Positions 26,906 to 40,935 are shown, counted from the first letter of the stretch. The stretch is DNA of 64,000 nt from Octopus vulgaris (GCA_951406725.2 OX597827.1:32550001-32614000); one strand, 5' to 3'. Made by a program: numbers and translations. The notes: generated by a model from the sequence alone, not told the origin.

Positions 26906-26975
<70 letters not shown>

Positions 26976-27946
26976 CGCATGTGTGTGCGTGCGTGCATGC
27001 CACATATACAATGGCGTAAGAGAAAAATACTATATATCACATACAACTACTGCACAATATTCTCAGCACACACAGAAGATATGAAAAAGAAAACAAAGCG
27101 ACGCACAATTATATACCCTGTTACTATAATTGATCAATGCAGAAAACCGTTATCATTCCTCTCATTAACAAAACAAACACAGCAAATGTTTCTCTTCCTT
27201 GAAGAACGACTTATTCCGAAACGTCGGAAACATGCCCTTATTACAGCATACCCCCATTATAAAATTGCCATTAAAAAACTGGGTTATCTCCCCACTAAAA
27301 CATTGAGTTTATGTGGCGACAAGAGATTGGATTAAAAGGGTTAGAGATCCTTTTGATTCAAAATTTCAACACATTGTTGATGTTTGCCCCCCTCAATAGG
27401 AATGGTGTGATTTGTTATAAAAATGTTATCAGATTCAGTAAGATTTTTAATTTTTCAGTTTTCATATTTATGAATCTTTTCAGTTTTGTAGGATCTCTTA
27501 TTATAAAAGGCAGATTTTATCTGCCTCCCTTTGGGAGTTATACAAATCTACAATATAGGATTTCTTCAATTACAATTTACCTAGCAGTTTTAAGAGTACA
27601 ATGCATCGCGTCATGCCAGGTCCAGTTTTTAAAATTTAAACTCCAATTAAGCAAAATTTACAGAAAACTCACATTCTGGTGTGTGTGTCAAATGCTTTTC
27701 TTAGTCTGGTTTACACCACACGCAAACGCACACACACAGTGGGCAACGAATAAAATGAAAGTAAATGTAATATTTGTTTCTGTCTATCACGCTGATAGAT
27801 ACATGAGTAAAATGTATGGGAAGCTAACAGATAACAGTGAGTGAAAATGTTCTTGGAAGAGAGTAAATTAGCGACAGTGATTTGAGGAAGACTAAACTGA
27901 AACTATGAAACAGTGTTTATGTATAAACAGACGACACTTATATAAA

Positions 27947-28962
27947 CCCTTTCGTTACCAAACCGCCCGAATTTACCTATTCATATTTAAATGAGAATAT
28001 CAGAGTAAATCTATTTAGTACATTCGTGAAAACACGTATTATACTTCGTAAACACTTCAAATACAGTTTTGTACAAAAATCGAAGTATAATTTTAATTCC
28101 GTGAATTATGGGAGATTTTTTTCCGAAATTTGTTCCTATTGTGTTTTCAAAATTTGTAATTCTGACAAAAAATGGATACGAATTTCATTATATCAAGCAG
28201 CGAGTCAGAATTCGAAGGATTTTCTACTGAAGACCTTCATAAATCTAACTCTATGACTGAAAAAAAAAAGCATCTTTATATAAGAGTGAAGTTGTGTGTC
28301 TGTCCCCTTCGATTTACATTCGTAATTACTCCCACATTTTGCGGTGCAGTTTAACCAAAAGCGGGTATCTTATAGTCGTGATTCATATCGAGCCCTTCTG
28401 GGTATTAGCGCGCGTCTACGATGAGTCTACGATTTTAAAAAAAATTTACCATCATATTTTTCCATTTTAATACATTTTTTTCGCTTTTATATAAGGGAAG
28501 TAACTCTCTAAAAATATCTACGATGTGTCAACGATTTAAAAAAATTTACCTTAATTTTTTTTCAATTTTTAATGCATTTTTTTTGCTATTTTTTGGCTAT
28601 TACTCTCTAAAAATGCTTATATAGTTATTTCCCTTACAACCCGAGCAACGCCGGGCGATACTGCTAGTTTCTTATAAAAAATATTATTAGATTCAATGAG
28701 ATGTTTCATCTTTTCACTTTTGTTATTTTTTTGTTTTGTTTTGTTTTATTGTGGGTTAAACAATTTTTGTAGTTTAGGGACATAACCCATTGTTTTTAAT
28801 GGGGGTGAGATAACCAAAAAGTACCGTGAACTATTTGTAACGCAAAACTCTGGCTAGCAATCTGTAATGCGAAACTGGCAAGCAAACTATCTGCCAACTT
28901 ATGGGGTACGCAAGCATAAATACTTCCGCAACTTGAAATTTTTGGAATAAAGTACGAAAGGG
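27947..28962. mobile_element. piggyBac-like MITE carrying a nested Helitron-like element
   Basis: Ends CCCTTTCGTTAC ... GTACGAAAGGG (inverted); TTAA target degenerate. Confidence 0.55.
28273..28667 (+). mobile_element. Non-autonomous Helitron
   Basis: A|TC 5' end, 3' hairpin CCCGAGCAACGCCGGG (28640-28655), then CTAG|T; no TSD. Confidence 0.8.
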
Positions 28963-29020
28963 ATATCTTCCTAAACTTCTCAACGCGAAACTCTAGCTAA
29001 CAAAGTATCTACTTTATCTA

Positions 29021-30275
29021 TTGGGTTGGCAATTAAGTTCCAGCCGTTTTCTAAATTTAATTTTTTAAAAGGTTTATTAAAAATAACTAATTAATCAATA
29101 ATGTATTCACCCTTGTTGTTTACAACTTCTTCCCAATGTTCAACAAGATTTTCAATACCTCGTTGGTGGAAATCACCCGACTTCAACTCGAAAAATTGAT
29201 TCAACCAAGCTTCTCAATTCTGCATCAGTATTGAACGAAACACCGCGCATAGTATTTGAAAGAGATCGAAAGAGGTGGAAATCCATTGGAGAGTACGGTG
29301 GATGTGGCAGTACTTTCTAGTCATGTGTTTGAATGGCTTCCTTGGTCATATTGGCGATATGAGGGCAGGCGTTGTCGTGCAGCAAAAGAACTCCATGCCG
29401 ACGATTAGGTCTTTTCTCTTGAATAGCCTTGTTGAGTCGTTCCATCTGTTGAACATAGAGTTCCGCGTTGACCGTTTGGTTTCGTTCAAACAATTCGTAA
29501 AGGATAATCCCTTCCCAGTCCCACCATACGCACAACATCGTTTTACGCGGATGAAGATTTTATTTCGCTTGTTTACCGAGGCTAAGCCTTTCCTTATGCT
29601 GCTTCATATTGATGTACATGCACCATTTTTCGTCGCCAGTAACGTTTCGGTAAAGAAATCGTTGCTTGTGTTCATGAGTTGAGCAGTGACGAGCAAGCAA
29701 ACCAGCGAAGATTGTGGCTCGTTGATTTTTGTTGTTGTCACTTAAAGCATGCGGAACCCATGCTCCATACTTCTGAACCTTTCCCATCGAGTGAAGATGC
29801 TTCTCTATAGCAGTGTATGATCATTCCATTTTCTTTTCCAGTTCCCTTGTCGTTTGACGAGAATTTTCGTGCAAAAGTTGGTTTAATCGCTCTTCATCAA
29901 ACTCAACTGGACGGCCAGAACGAGGTGCGTCTTTGAGATAAAAATTTCCATTTTTGAACGTGGTATACCAATCATGAGCGGTTCTTTCAGCTATGGCACT
30001 CTCTCCATACACAGCACAAATGTCACGAGCAGCTTTTGAGGTCTTAGAACCTTGATTAAAAGCAAAAAGGAGGTGTTGAAAATGCTCGTTTTTCTTAACT
30101 TGGCATTCCATTTTAATGATCTGAAAAAAAAAGATTAACTAAAATTAACTAGGGAAAAAAAAAGATTCCAAAATGATTCAAAAATAGAATTCTCGAAAAA
30201 AATAGATTCCAAAATTTAAAAACTCAATAAATTCCAAAGTTAAAAAAATCGGCAGGAACTTAGTTGCCAACCCTA
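29021..30275 (-). mobile_element. Mariner (DD34D) transposon, full-length, transposase frameshifted
   Basis: TIRs TTGGGTTGGCAATTAAGTTCC / GGAACTTAGTTGCCAACCCTA, TA flanks; MECQVKKNEHF..., RSGRP, WVPHAL, VTGDEKW, LLHDNA, GEYIID. Confidence 0.95.
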
Positions 30276-30939
30276 TATTAGAAATAGTAGCCGACTATTC
30301 CTCCAGTAACACTACAATTTTCTCAGTAAAAGGATTTGTAGGATAATATTGTGTTGGGTTCACTGCTACACAGAGAAAAAAAGATGAGAGGGTCACGGCT
30401 GGAATTTCCTTTCATCATAGATCAGTTTGATCAGGGCTGATCTGGAGTTGCCAGCAACAACAAAAACAACAGCAAAAGCCAACAAATGCAAAAACAATGT
30501 GGTTTTATTAAGGAATGCCAAGAAGATGAAGAAGGAGGGGGAGGAGGAGGAGAAGGAGGAGTAAGAAGAAGAAAAACAAGGAAGAAGAAGAAGAACAACA
30601 ACAACAACACGAAGGAAAGTAAGAATAAAAATTGCTCCAATAACAAGTCCAAAAGTTGATACCAATAATTAGTGTCAGAGTAAGGAAGATGTTACTAAGT
30701 ACAGAGACTGATTAGGGAGTGGGAGAGAGAGGGAGAGGGAGAGAGAGGAGAATGAGCGAGGGAGAGGGAGGAGAATGAGCGAGGGAGAGGGAGGAGAATG
30801 AGCGAGGGAGAGGGAGAGAGAGTATTGCCTTGGGTTGTTTTAGATTCAATTAGTTTAGCATATATTAACTAGCAGAAAAGGAAAGAAAAAATGAGAAACG
30901 ACCGGCGGGCAGAATTTCTGGTAGTCATTATGATAAGGT

Positions 30940-32109
<1,170 letters not shown>

Positions 32110-32111
<2 letters not shown>

Positions 32112-32400
32112 AAAATAAGGATAAAATCTTTATAAGAAATTATCAGTAGTTAGCGTGAAAAACCTCGTAAGAGAAAAAATCTGTAAATTCTGTAAAGAAT
32201 TCATATCCTCTACAACGTGTATTGAGCACTACTCTCTTTTTCCTTCGTTCGACATAATTATTTATTTGCTGTTCTATTCTACAACAACTCGCTCATCTCA
32301 CCTTTCTTTCTCTTCCTCATTCCCAGATAAAGGAGTAACAGTCCGAAACGTCAAACCTTTATTACTTCCCTGTGGATCTCTTTCATCAACTCTCCTATAA
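32110..32400 (+). mobile_element. PLE pLTR-like remnant related to the 21.9-kb unit
   Basis: aggataa...gaaattatca.gt.g..agc.tgaaa..acct resembles the 21898-21975 start; degenerate hammerhead-like cagataaagga..tccgaaacgt at about 32324. Confidence 0.45.
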
Positions 32401-32811
32401 TTAAAATGTCTAATAATATTGCTATATTATTTCACTCCGAGTATTATCAATGGAGTCTAATGCCAAAATATCTCGAGGAAGTTAAACAAACAAAATATGA
32501 AATAAAAACAGAATTATTTGTTTCAGGCACCAAAGGTAAAACTTGGCACCAAAGGTAAAACTTGGCATAATTAACAGTGATCATGTTATCGATCTCGGAC
32601 ACAAATAAACAAAATTTATATTCAACTCTGACCAGATTTGGGTTAAGATGTAGTTTAGAGCTTACAAAAGTGAGAGCAAATTGACCGGAAGTGACGGCAG
32701 TAAAATCCGATAACTTCAAGTAAACAATCTAAGAATGAATCAACAAGGACAACAACACCACTTTTCATCGCTTTTTCTCTACAATAATCATGCAGTATTA
32801 CCGTATTGTTG

Positions 32812-33115
32812 TGGGGGCACAATGGCCCAGTGGTTAGGGCAGCGGACTCGCGGTCGGAGGATTGCGGTTTCGATTCCCAGACCGGGCGTTGTGTGTGTTT
32901 ATTGAGCGAAAACACCTAAAAGCTCCATGAGGCTCCGGTAGTAGGTAGTGGCCACCCCTGTTGTACTCTTTCGTCACAACTTTCTCTCACTCCCTCTTCC
33001 TGTTTCTTGGGTAACGCTGAGATGAACTGGCGTCCCGTCCAGCTGGGGGGAACACATACGCCACAGAAACCGGGAGACCGAGCCCATGAGCCTGGCTAGG
33101 CTTGAAAAGGGCGAC
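32812..33115 (+). mobile_element. tRNA-derived SINE family C, full-length
   Basis: TGGCCCAGTGG (A box) ... GGTTTCGATTCCC (B box) tRNA-like head, then non-tRNA body; related copy at 43010-43332. Confidence 0.9.
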
Positions 33116-34744
33116 GTTTATCGTTTATTATCGTATTGTTCATGTGTAACTGTGTTGGCTAGCATTCGTCGGTATACAAGCCACTGAATTGCTTTCTCAA
33201 TCGTGTCCTTCGTTGCTCAGTTTTGTACATTGGAATGTTGTGCATCAGCTGCTATTTCTAAAATACTTAAGATATCAATAGAAGCTACTACACAAGTAGG
33301 TATCCGTGGACGTAGCAATAATGAGCGAGTTCTGTTAATAAAATTAAGGGATTAAGTTAGTTCTCTTTGCATTATCTTTATGAAATTATGGGGATGTCAA
33401 TGTCGACACTTCCGGTCAATATTATTTCATTTATTTTTAAACCTCTAAACATGTTAATCCAGATTTGAACTGCAATCTAGGAGGCAGAGGCATCAAACTG
33501 AAATACTGTATAACATCTCTGTCGTCTGCTCCGTGTCAGCTGTTCATAAGTGATTTTTGTAATACATGAAAAGATGTCAAGAGATTGCTAATCCAAATTA
33601 AAGGATTTATCTATGATCTCAGTGTGTTTGTGGTGTTTTCTCTACGTCTTTATGTCGGCAACAATTGGTTTCCAATCCAACAAGAGTTATTTTCCTTCTT
33701 TATTTGTGGAGTATTTATCCAGTTTATGAAAATTATTGGTTATGTAAACACTTACTTTCGGATACTGTATTAGCTTTAAATCTTACCGTTGGAAAATCAA
33801 TCCCAATTACTAATCATAATTCCGTTGCTGTTCTAATTATTGATCTATTATCTTTCGTATCATAGTAGTTCACAATAACATGATAGAACTTCTCATACGA
33901 ATTAAATGAAATCAATAGAAAATTAATTTTATATCCTCGAAAAAATAATTGCATCGAAGTAAATCGAATTCACCAAGCACTTTTATACAGTAAATTATTT
34001 ATCGTTCTGCTTCTGAATTTGTTCTATGTTGAGCGTATGAGAGCGGAAAACTCGACGTGGTCGCTAGATGTATGAGAAATAGCAACCACTTCGCTCTCAA
34101 ATCGAATCCCTAACGTATAAAAACGGAATGAGGCAGTAGATAATGTGACAGGGATACACAATGTCTGCAGAAAAAAATGAAGAAAAAAGAGAGAGAGAGA
34201 GATAGCGAGTGAGGGTGAGAGAGAGAGGGAGAGAGAGAGAGAGAGAGAGGCGAGGTTGTCTTTAATGGTATAGAATACTTTTGAGATTGAAAATCGGTTC
34301 ACTGTAAGTTGACTTTATAGCAACTACTACAGAAACAACAACTACTACTACTACTACCACTACCACACACAGTATTCAACTGCTTGGGCGATGATAAAAC
34401 GATAGATAAGTGCAATGTAATAGAGATAAGAAAAAGTTAAGAAAGAAAGACAAGGAAAGTAGAAAAAATGGTGAATATTTTTTGGCAGCGAATATGGAGT
34501 AACACTCTGCCTTTCGTTGTGATCTACTCAAGGCAATAACTGAATGACTTGATTTATTACGATATGAACAGCGAGAGGAAATAATCCAACACTGGTCCGA
34601 AATGTGGTTAATTGGAGCTGCCTTACAAAACGCCCACATCTTTTTTTTTTCGATATTAATTAATATGGTGGTCAAAATTATAAAGAAGGAATTGGAGGCA
34701 ATGCTAATCCCCATGTTTTAAGAATTTGTATCTATTTTATTTTA

Positions 34745-34965
34745 TATCTTTTACTTATTTCAGTCATTAGACGACGGCCATGCTGGAGCACCGCCTCGAA
34801 GAATTTTAGTCCAACGAATTGATCCCAGTACATATTTATCTATCTTCTTATTTATTTGTAAAGCCTGGTACTTATTCTATCGGCCGCTTTTGCCGAACCG
34901 CTAACTTGCAGGTACGTAAAGACATCAACACCGGTTGTTAAACGGTTGTGAGAGACAATAACTCA
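34745..34965 (-). mobile_element. SINE family B, 3' half
   Basis: Reverse-complement match. Confidence 0.8.
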
Positions 34966-35117
34966 CACACACACACACACACACATGAAGCTATGTACGT
35001 GTATAGGAATTATGCGTGTAAGAATGTGTGGATGGATGGATGTGTGCATACGATAGGAACAAATCGACACCAGGACGATGATGGGGTGACACAGACACAA
35101 ATACATACATACATACA

Positions 35118-35149
<32 letters not shown>

Positions 35150-35164
35150 AAATGTAACCACATG

Positions 35165-35370
35165 CGTATCGTTGGCGATTTTTTTCCTCCATCTTCCTTT
35201 TCTTCTGGACTACCTTTGTCACCTGTTTCTGAAGAAGTGTTTTGCTCGAAACGTTAAACCACCTTTCTTTTCTTCCCTGAGCGTCTGCTAATGCTTTGCA
35301 TGTAACACGTCCTCGCGTTGTTGTTCTTTTCTTGCTATGTTTTTTCTTCGTTAACATTCTTTTCTTTGTA
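35165..35370 (+). mobile_element. Short PLE-like repeat with hammerhead-like core; second copy at 52252-52370
   Basis: CTGAAGAAG.G.TTTGCTCGAAACGTT...ctgagcgtctgctaat..tt.catgta.cacgtcctcgcgttgttg shared by both loci. Confidence 0.6.
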
Positions 35371-35435
35371 GTTAGATCTAGATGATCTTCTTCTAGCAGA
35401 GTGGATGTCCACTTAGTAGTCACCCTTATTATACG

Positions 35436-35528
<93 letters not shown>

Positions 35529-35861
35529 GTGTGTATGTATATATATGTGTGTGTGTGTGTGTGTACGTACGCGCGCGCGTACGTACGTGTGTGTGTGTGT
35601 GTGTGTGAGTACGTATGTAGGTCTGCCCGTGTCTCTTTGTTTGGTTGCCACCGTCCCCGTCACATAGTATTCCGGCAAAAGAGTGCGATAGAACAAGTAC
35701 CAGACATTTCCTCCCATTCAAAGTAATTACTGGGTAGGGTGGGGTGATTTTTCGACTAAAACCCTTTGAGGACATGCCCCAGCATGGCCACAGTCCATGA
35801 TAAAAAAGATGGAAGATGTGCTTGTGCGTATGACATTTAAATACATGCATGCATGTATTAC

Positions 35862-35930
<69 letters not shown>

Positions 35931-36077
35931 CGTGAATGGTTATGTTTGTTTGCTTTGTTTGCGTGCTTGCGTGTTTGTGTTTTCCAAAGCTGAACAAACC
36001 ACATTTATCGAGCAACGTTTCAAATCCAGATGACATCAAACGTGTCCTTTTCTCTTTTTTTATTTCTTTTTTTGCAG

Positions 36078-36138
36078 CAGATTCTTTCAGCTGTCACCGA
36101 CATTGTTGATGACGCTCACGTTGCTGCTGCTGCTGCTG
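36078..36138 (+). other. Candidate internal exon
   Basis: Long pyrimidine tract + GCAG(CAG) acceptor and G|GTTAGT donor; two open frames; no recognised homology. Confidence 0.3.
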
Positions 36139-36569
36139 GTTAGTCATGTGAAATCATTGATTATGAATGTCATATTATTCAAAGCAATCTTTGGCACGAA
36201 ACGGGTTCTTGGGTTTCTATGTATTTCCATTTTTACACTTCTGTGCGGTAGATTATCGTAGGAGAAGTTGTCAATCGAGTTTTCGAATCGAGGCAAGAAC
36301 AGAAGTAATTCATTTATGAAAAAAAGAAAGGTAAAGATTAACATCGAAATATGTTAACTCAATCAAATTGAGAGCTTCCATCCCTCCTCTTTGCAGATAT
36401 GTTCGGAATTGTGAGCATTCTGCATCAGCAACCACAAAAAACGGTCCGGATTTATTCTTTCATCAAAGCTTGAATCGAAGCGTTTCTTGAGAAATAAAAT
36501 CCGTGTCATACGTGGCACGTTGGACAGCGGGAATTTACGCAATAGCATATCTGTTTATTTTTGGTAGTT

Positions 36570-37770
36570 CCTGGCAGATTCGAACATGAATGTGTTGATC
36601 GCTGTTGTCTTTTGTCATTGAAGAACATTTCCTCCCTTTATACTTTTCTACTCTAGGCACAAGGCCCAACATTTTTTGGGAGTGGAGCAGTCGATTAGAT
36701 CGACCCCAGTACGCAACTGATACTTAATTTATCGACCCCAAAACGATGAAAGGCAAAGTTGACCTCAGCGGAATTTGAACTCAGAACATAAAGACAGACG
36801 AAATACCTATTTCTTTACTACCCACAAGGGGGCTACATACAGAGGGGACAAACAAGGAGAGACAAACGGATTAAGTCGATTACATCGACCCCAGTGCGTA
36901 ACTGTGCTTATTTAATAGAACCCGAAAGGATGAAAGGCAAAGTTAAACTCGGCGGAATTTGAACTCAGAACGTAACGGCAGATGAAATACCTATTTCTTA
37001 TTTCTTTATTACCCACAAGGGGCTAAACATAGAGGAGACAAACAAGGACAGACATAGGTATTAAGTCGATTATATCGACCCCAATGCGTAACTCGTACTT
37101 AATTTATCGACCCCGAAAGGATGAAAGGCAAAGTCGACCTCGGCGGAATTTGAACTCACAACGTAACGGCAGACGAAATACCGCTAAGCATTTCGCCCGG
37201 CGTGCTAACGTTTCTGTCAGCTCGTCACCTTTTTCTTCCCTTTATACGATGTGCGTTCATAACACATCCATTGATGTAAATGAACTTTGTGACCGTGGTC
37301 AGTCGACATTTTTCTGTGTGTTCCCAGTCAGAGTTTCAACGGCTCGACGAGTCGAGCGAGAATATCGGCTCTTGTTTATAGAAATCAGTAAATTATTTGC
37401 TGATGCACACTGATGTCTGCCAAAACAGATAATAATTCATGGGGGGTGCAGTCAGAACTGTGAGAATCCGAGCAATAACTTATCTATTCCCGCTGTTCTG
37501 CTTGTACACCATGAATTTATTATCTGTTTGGCAGGCATCGATTCACATCCACAAATAATTTGCTGCTTTCTATAAACTTGAGCTATAACTCTTGTTGTGA
37601 CGGGATAGCTTTGACTGAAGACAAACAATAAAGTTGAAAAACCGCGGCGTCTGAAATCCTCTGAAGCCGCTGAATCGCGTGTGTTCTGAATCTACAGTGT
37701 TTAAAGGGAGAAGATGTTCTTCAATGGCGAAAATCAACAGTGATCAGCATTTTCTCATTCGAATCCACCA
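36570..37770. repeat. Old fold-back (palindromic) element, arms ~300 bp, split by a SINE
   Basis: 36570-36643 plus 37247-37465 is a diverged reverse complement of 37480-37770. Confidence 0.8.
36644..37231 (-). mobile_element. SINE family A head-to-tail trimer with 16-bp TSD
   Basis: Three tandem units; TSD tttcctccctttatac (36628-36643) / tttcttccctttatac (37232-37247). Confidence 0.92.
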
Positions 37771-38539
37771 AAATGTATTAAAAATGAATGGATATGTTAT
37801 CGTTAAAACTGAGAATTACAAGAGCTGAAGATTCTTTTAAATGATTAGTTTAATTTCTGTCTTAATGCAATTGTCAGGAAAAAGAATATTATTCGTATTG
37901 AAATTCAGAATAATTAAAAAAAAAAAATGGTGACACAATCGAACGCTGTTTCCCAGAATAAGGCTTAGCAATATGGCAATGGAAGAACTAACTGTCCTTC
38001 ATCAGAATCCCTTTTACTTCAGAAGTGAATACTATTCCAGCAGGAAGATTTTTTTTCCATTTAATAAACAATTATTTGAAATCTCAAGCATTGAAGAATT
38101 TTGCGGGTGCTTATATGGGATTTGACTGCAAACTGCTTCAGCTAATAAATCCCTGGCTCGGGTGTTACAGAGTTTGGGGGCGTGTGGAACCACTTCTCAT
38201 CCACTATTATTCCCCGGTCTACTCTGAGCCAGAGTAGAAGCACTTGTCAGGGTCCCAGCGATGGTTTACATAACATGTACCCATCCGAGAAAGGGTAAAT
38301 TAAAATCATGGGATGCAGCTAGGTGGATGTGAACTATTTTGGTAAATGAAGCGGGATGAACAGATCACAAATTATCAACCACCAGGATCAACCATTTCAG
38401 TTAGTGAACTTCTGCTTTAATCTGTAGTTGAGGCATGCGCAGATGAGATATTTCAGCTAGCGAATGTAACTAAAACCTGAGCCAGACGTTCATGCCGAAT
38501 CACTCGATCGGAAAAGTTGCATTAAAAAAAATAAATGTT

Positions 38540-38782
38540 CCTTCTCGAGCCATGCCAGGCTCATAAGGGCCGGTTTCCTGGTTTCAGTGGCGTAGAAATT
38601 CCCCACCTGGACGGAACGCCGGTCCGTCACAGGAATACTCATTTTTGCCAGCTGAGTGGATTGGAGTAACGTGAAATGAAATTTTGCTCAAGAATACAAT
38701 GCGTCTCCCGGTCCAGGAATCAAAACCACAATCTTACGATCATGGTGCTGACAACCTAACCACTAAGCCACGCGCTTCCACT
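38540..38782 (-). mobile_element. SINE family D-related
   Basis: cagctgagtgga.tggag.aacgtgaaat...ttgctcaaga and tRNA-like head on minus strand. Confidence 0.8.
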
Positions 38783-39230
38783 TTTATGGTTATAATCTCC
38801 ACAATAAAATGCTTGTCTTCTCCTTTTATCGTATTAGAAAGCCTTAACTGTTATAGTAAATTCTTAGAATATAAATAAATTTCTTCCGTTGTCCCGATAT
38901 ATTGGAAAAAAGATTTGGGGCGATTCCTTACGATCGTTTCGTAGTTCGTAGACCGTACCTCAAACGAGACGTACCTAATTTCCTTTCACAACTGATGGCA
39001 AAGATTATTCAGTTATGATACAAAGCAGTCAACTCTGGTTGTAGACAGTGATCGTGTGATTTTTCACGCCAACGAAAGTTTAAGTAACATGAAGAGCTAT
39101 GTCAACCTGTTACTTAATTAATCAATCAGAATATTATCTATATATATACATGTATGTATGTATGTATGTATGTATGTATGTATGTATGTATGTATGTATG
39201 TATGTATGTATGTATGTATGTATGTATGTA

Positions 39231-39760
39231 TGGTAATTGGGAGAGGGAGGCACAAGACCGTGATGGATGGAGGAAGATAGTGCATGATGGTTGTTCAAGG
39301 TTTGAGAGGGAGTGAGTGAAGTATGAGAGAATTAGGAGGGGGCTTCGAAGGAGGGAACCTGTGGAGAGTGAGAGAGTGTTGCTTTTGTGTGTGTGCGGTT
39401 TGTGGGCGGAGGTGTTTGAGTCGTGCAGGCCTGGTAAGCCATCAAAATTCTCTTAGAAATCGACCCAGGATAAACAATGGTGTGGCTATTAAAATTCATA
39501 ACAGAACGTGTGTAAAATGTGGAAGGGTGTGCCTCTCAGTTGGAGGTCTAAAAAGACATGTTAAAAGAGTGCATATGGTGGCACCTGTTTCTCCTGCCAG
39601 GCTGAACAGTTGTCCAGTATGTAATAAAATGTGTAAAAGCTTGGCCGGGCTTAAAAGTCATATAAGGGCATCACATGGCAACAATCATGAATCATTTCAG
39701 TAAGTCTTCTTGGCAACGGCTTTTCTCGTGTAACGAGGATGCAGCTGTGATGTATGTATA
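39231..39760 (+). mobile_element. 3' end of RTE-clade LINE with three C2H2-like fingers
   Basis: NWEREAQDRDGWRKIVHDG (RTE W...A.DR..WR motif), then CAVCGRRCLSRAGLVSH, CVKCGRVCLSVGGLKRH, CPVCNKMCKSLAGLKSH, stop at 39703, short 3'UTR. Confidence 0.8.
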
Positions 39761-40606
39761 ATATTTGTCGGGTCACTTGTGAGGGATCTCAAGAGTGCTA
39801 CTGATAACATGCAACCTAGTACATCCTGTGGTATGGTTGGGTCGTCGACGACTAAACTGATACCCCCAGTAGGCTTTCCTGGTGAGGATTGCTACAAACC
39901 CAGCAGGGTTAAAAAGGAGACCTGTGAAAAGGACTTTGTACCGATAGTACGGGACCTCAGAAAACCCCGGTTGGTGTCCGGTGTACTGGAAGAAGCCCCA
40001 TCCTTTTTGTTAAAACATGTCTCTAGAAGAAGGTCACTCTGATATAAAACTAAATAAGCAAGGAATGGCATTCAACATTTTGGAAATCTTTTGCTCGCGT
40101 TTCTGACCATGGCGCTCCCACATCCCTGAGCTTTCGACACTTTTTGGGACTGGTTACCTTGCGCTGGATTGTCTCTGGATCATGTCAGTAGGATGGGGAG
40201 GATCTGCGAGGTGTTGCATAAGATTTAATAGATCTAAAATTTTGGGATGTGCAGTCCCCGGTCGAGTAGGAGGGAAAACATGGAAGCCGCAGATACGAAT
40301 CCGGGTGAAAACGACAGCTAGTGCGGACTCTTATGCATCTGTGCATAAGGGTCTGTGATGGTCTACTTCGGTGACGAAAGTGCAGGCACAGTCGGTCAAC
40401 ACACACACACACGCACGGGCGCACACACACATACATATGTATACACACAACACATACATATTTGTACATATACATACGCATATACATACATATAGACATA
40501 TATATATGTACATATATACGTACATATATATGTATGTATGTATCTGTGTGTATGTGTGTATGTATGCAGACGATATATATTAATGTACATATACGTATAC
40601 ATTATA

Positions 40607-40717
<111 letters not shown>

Positions 40718-40763
40718 AGCTACATACATATATCCATATACATGCATATATATAAATTCATAG

Positions 40764-40818
<55 letters not shown>

Positions 40819-40921
40819 TGTTCGTGACATTAACATTATCAGTATTGAAATCATCAATCATACTAACGTATCGTGATGGTGCTGAGAGGAAGATTTTCTG
40901 AGACTCTCTGCGAAGCCGACC

Positions 40922-40935
40922 GTTTCTATGGCAAC
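40922..40935. promoter_or_regulatory. RFX X-box-like palindrome GTTTCTATGGCAAC
   Basis: Fits the GTHNYYATRRNAAC consensus; single motif, function untested. Confidence 0.3.

Noticed and set aside
32812-32885. tRNA-like sequences (also at 16035-16107, 43260-43332, 53275-53405)
   Set aside because: They run straight into repeated SINE bodies and lack a proper acceptor stem, so they are SINE heads rather than tRNA genes.
39323-39703. Host C2H2 zinc-finger gene
   Set aside because: It lacks TGEKP linkers and the F/L pattern, and is preceded by an RTE C-terminal motif.
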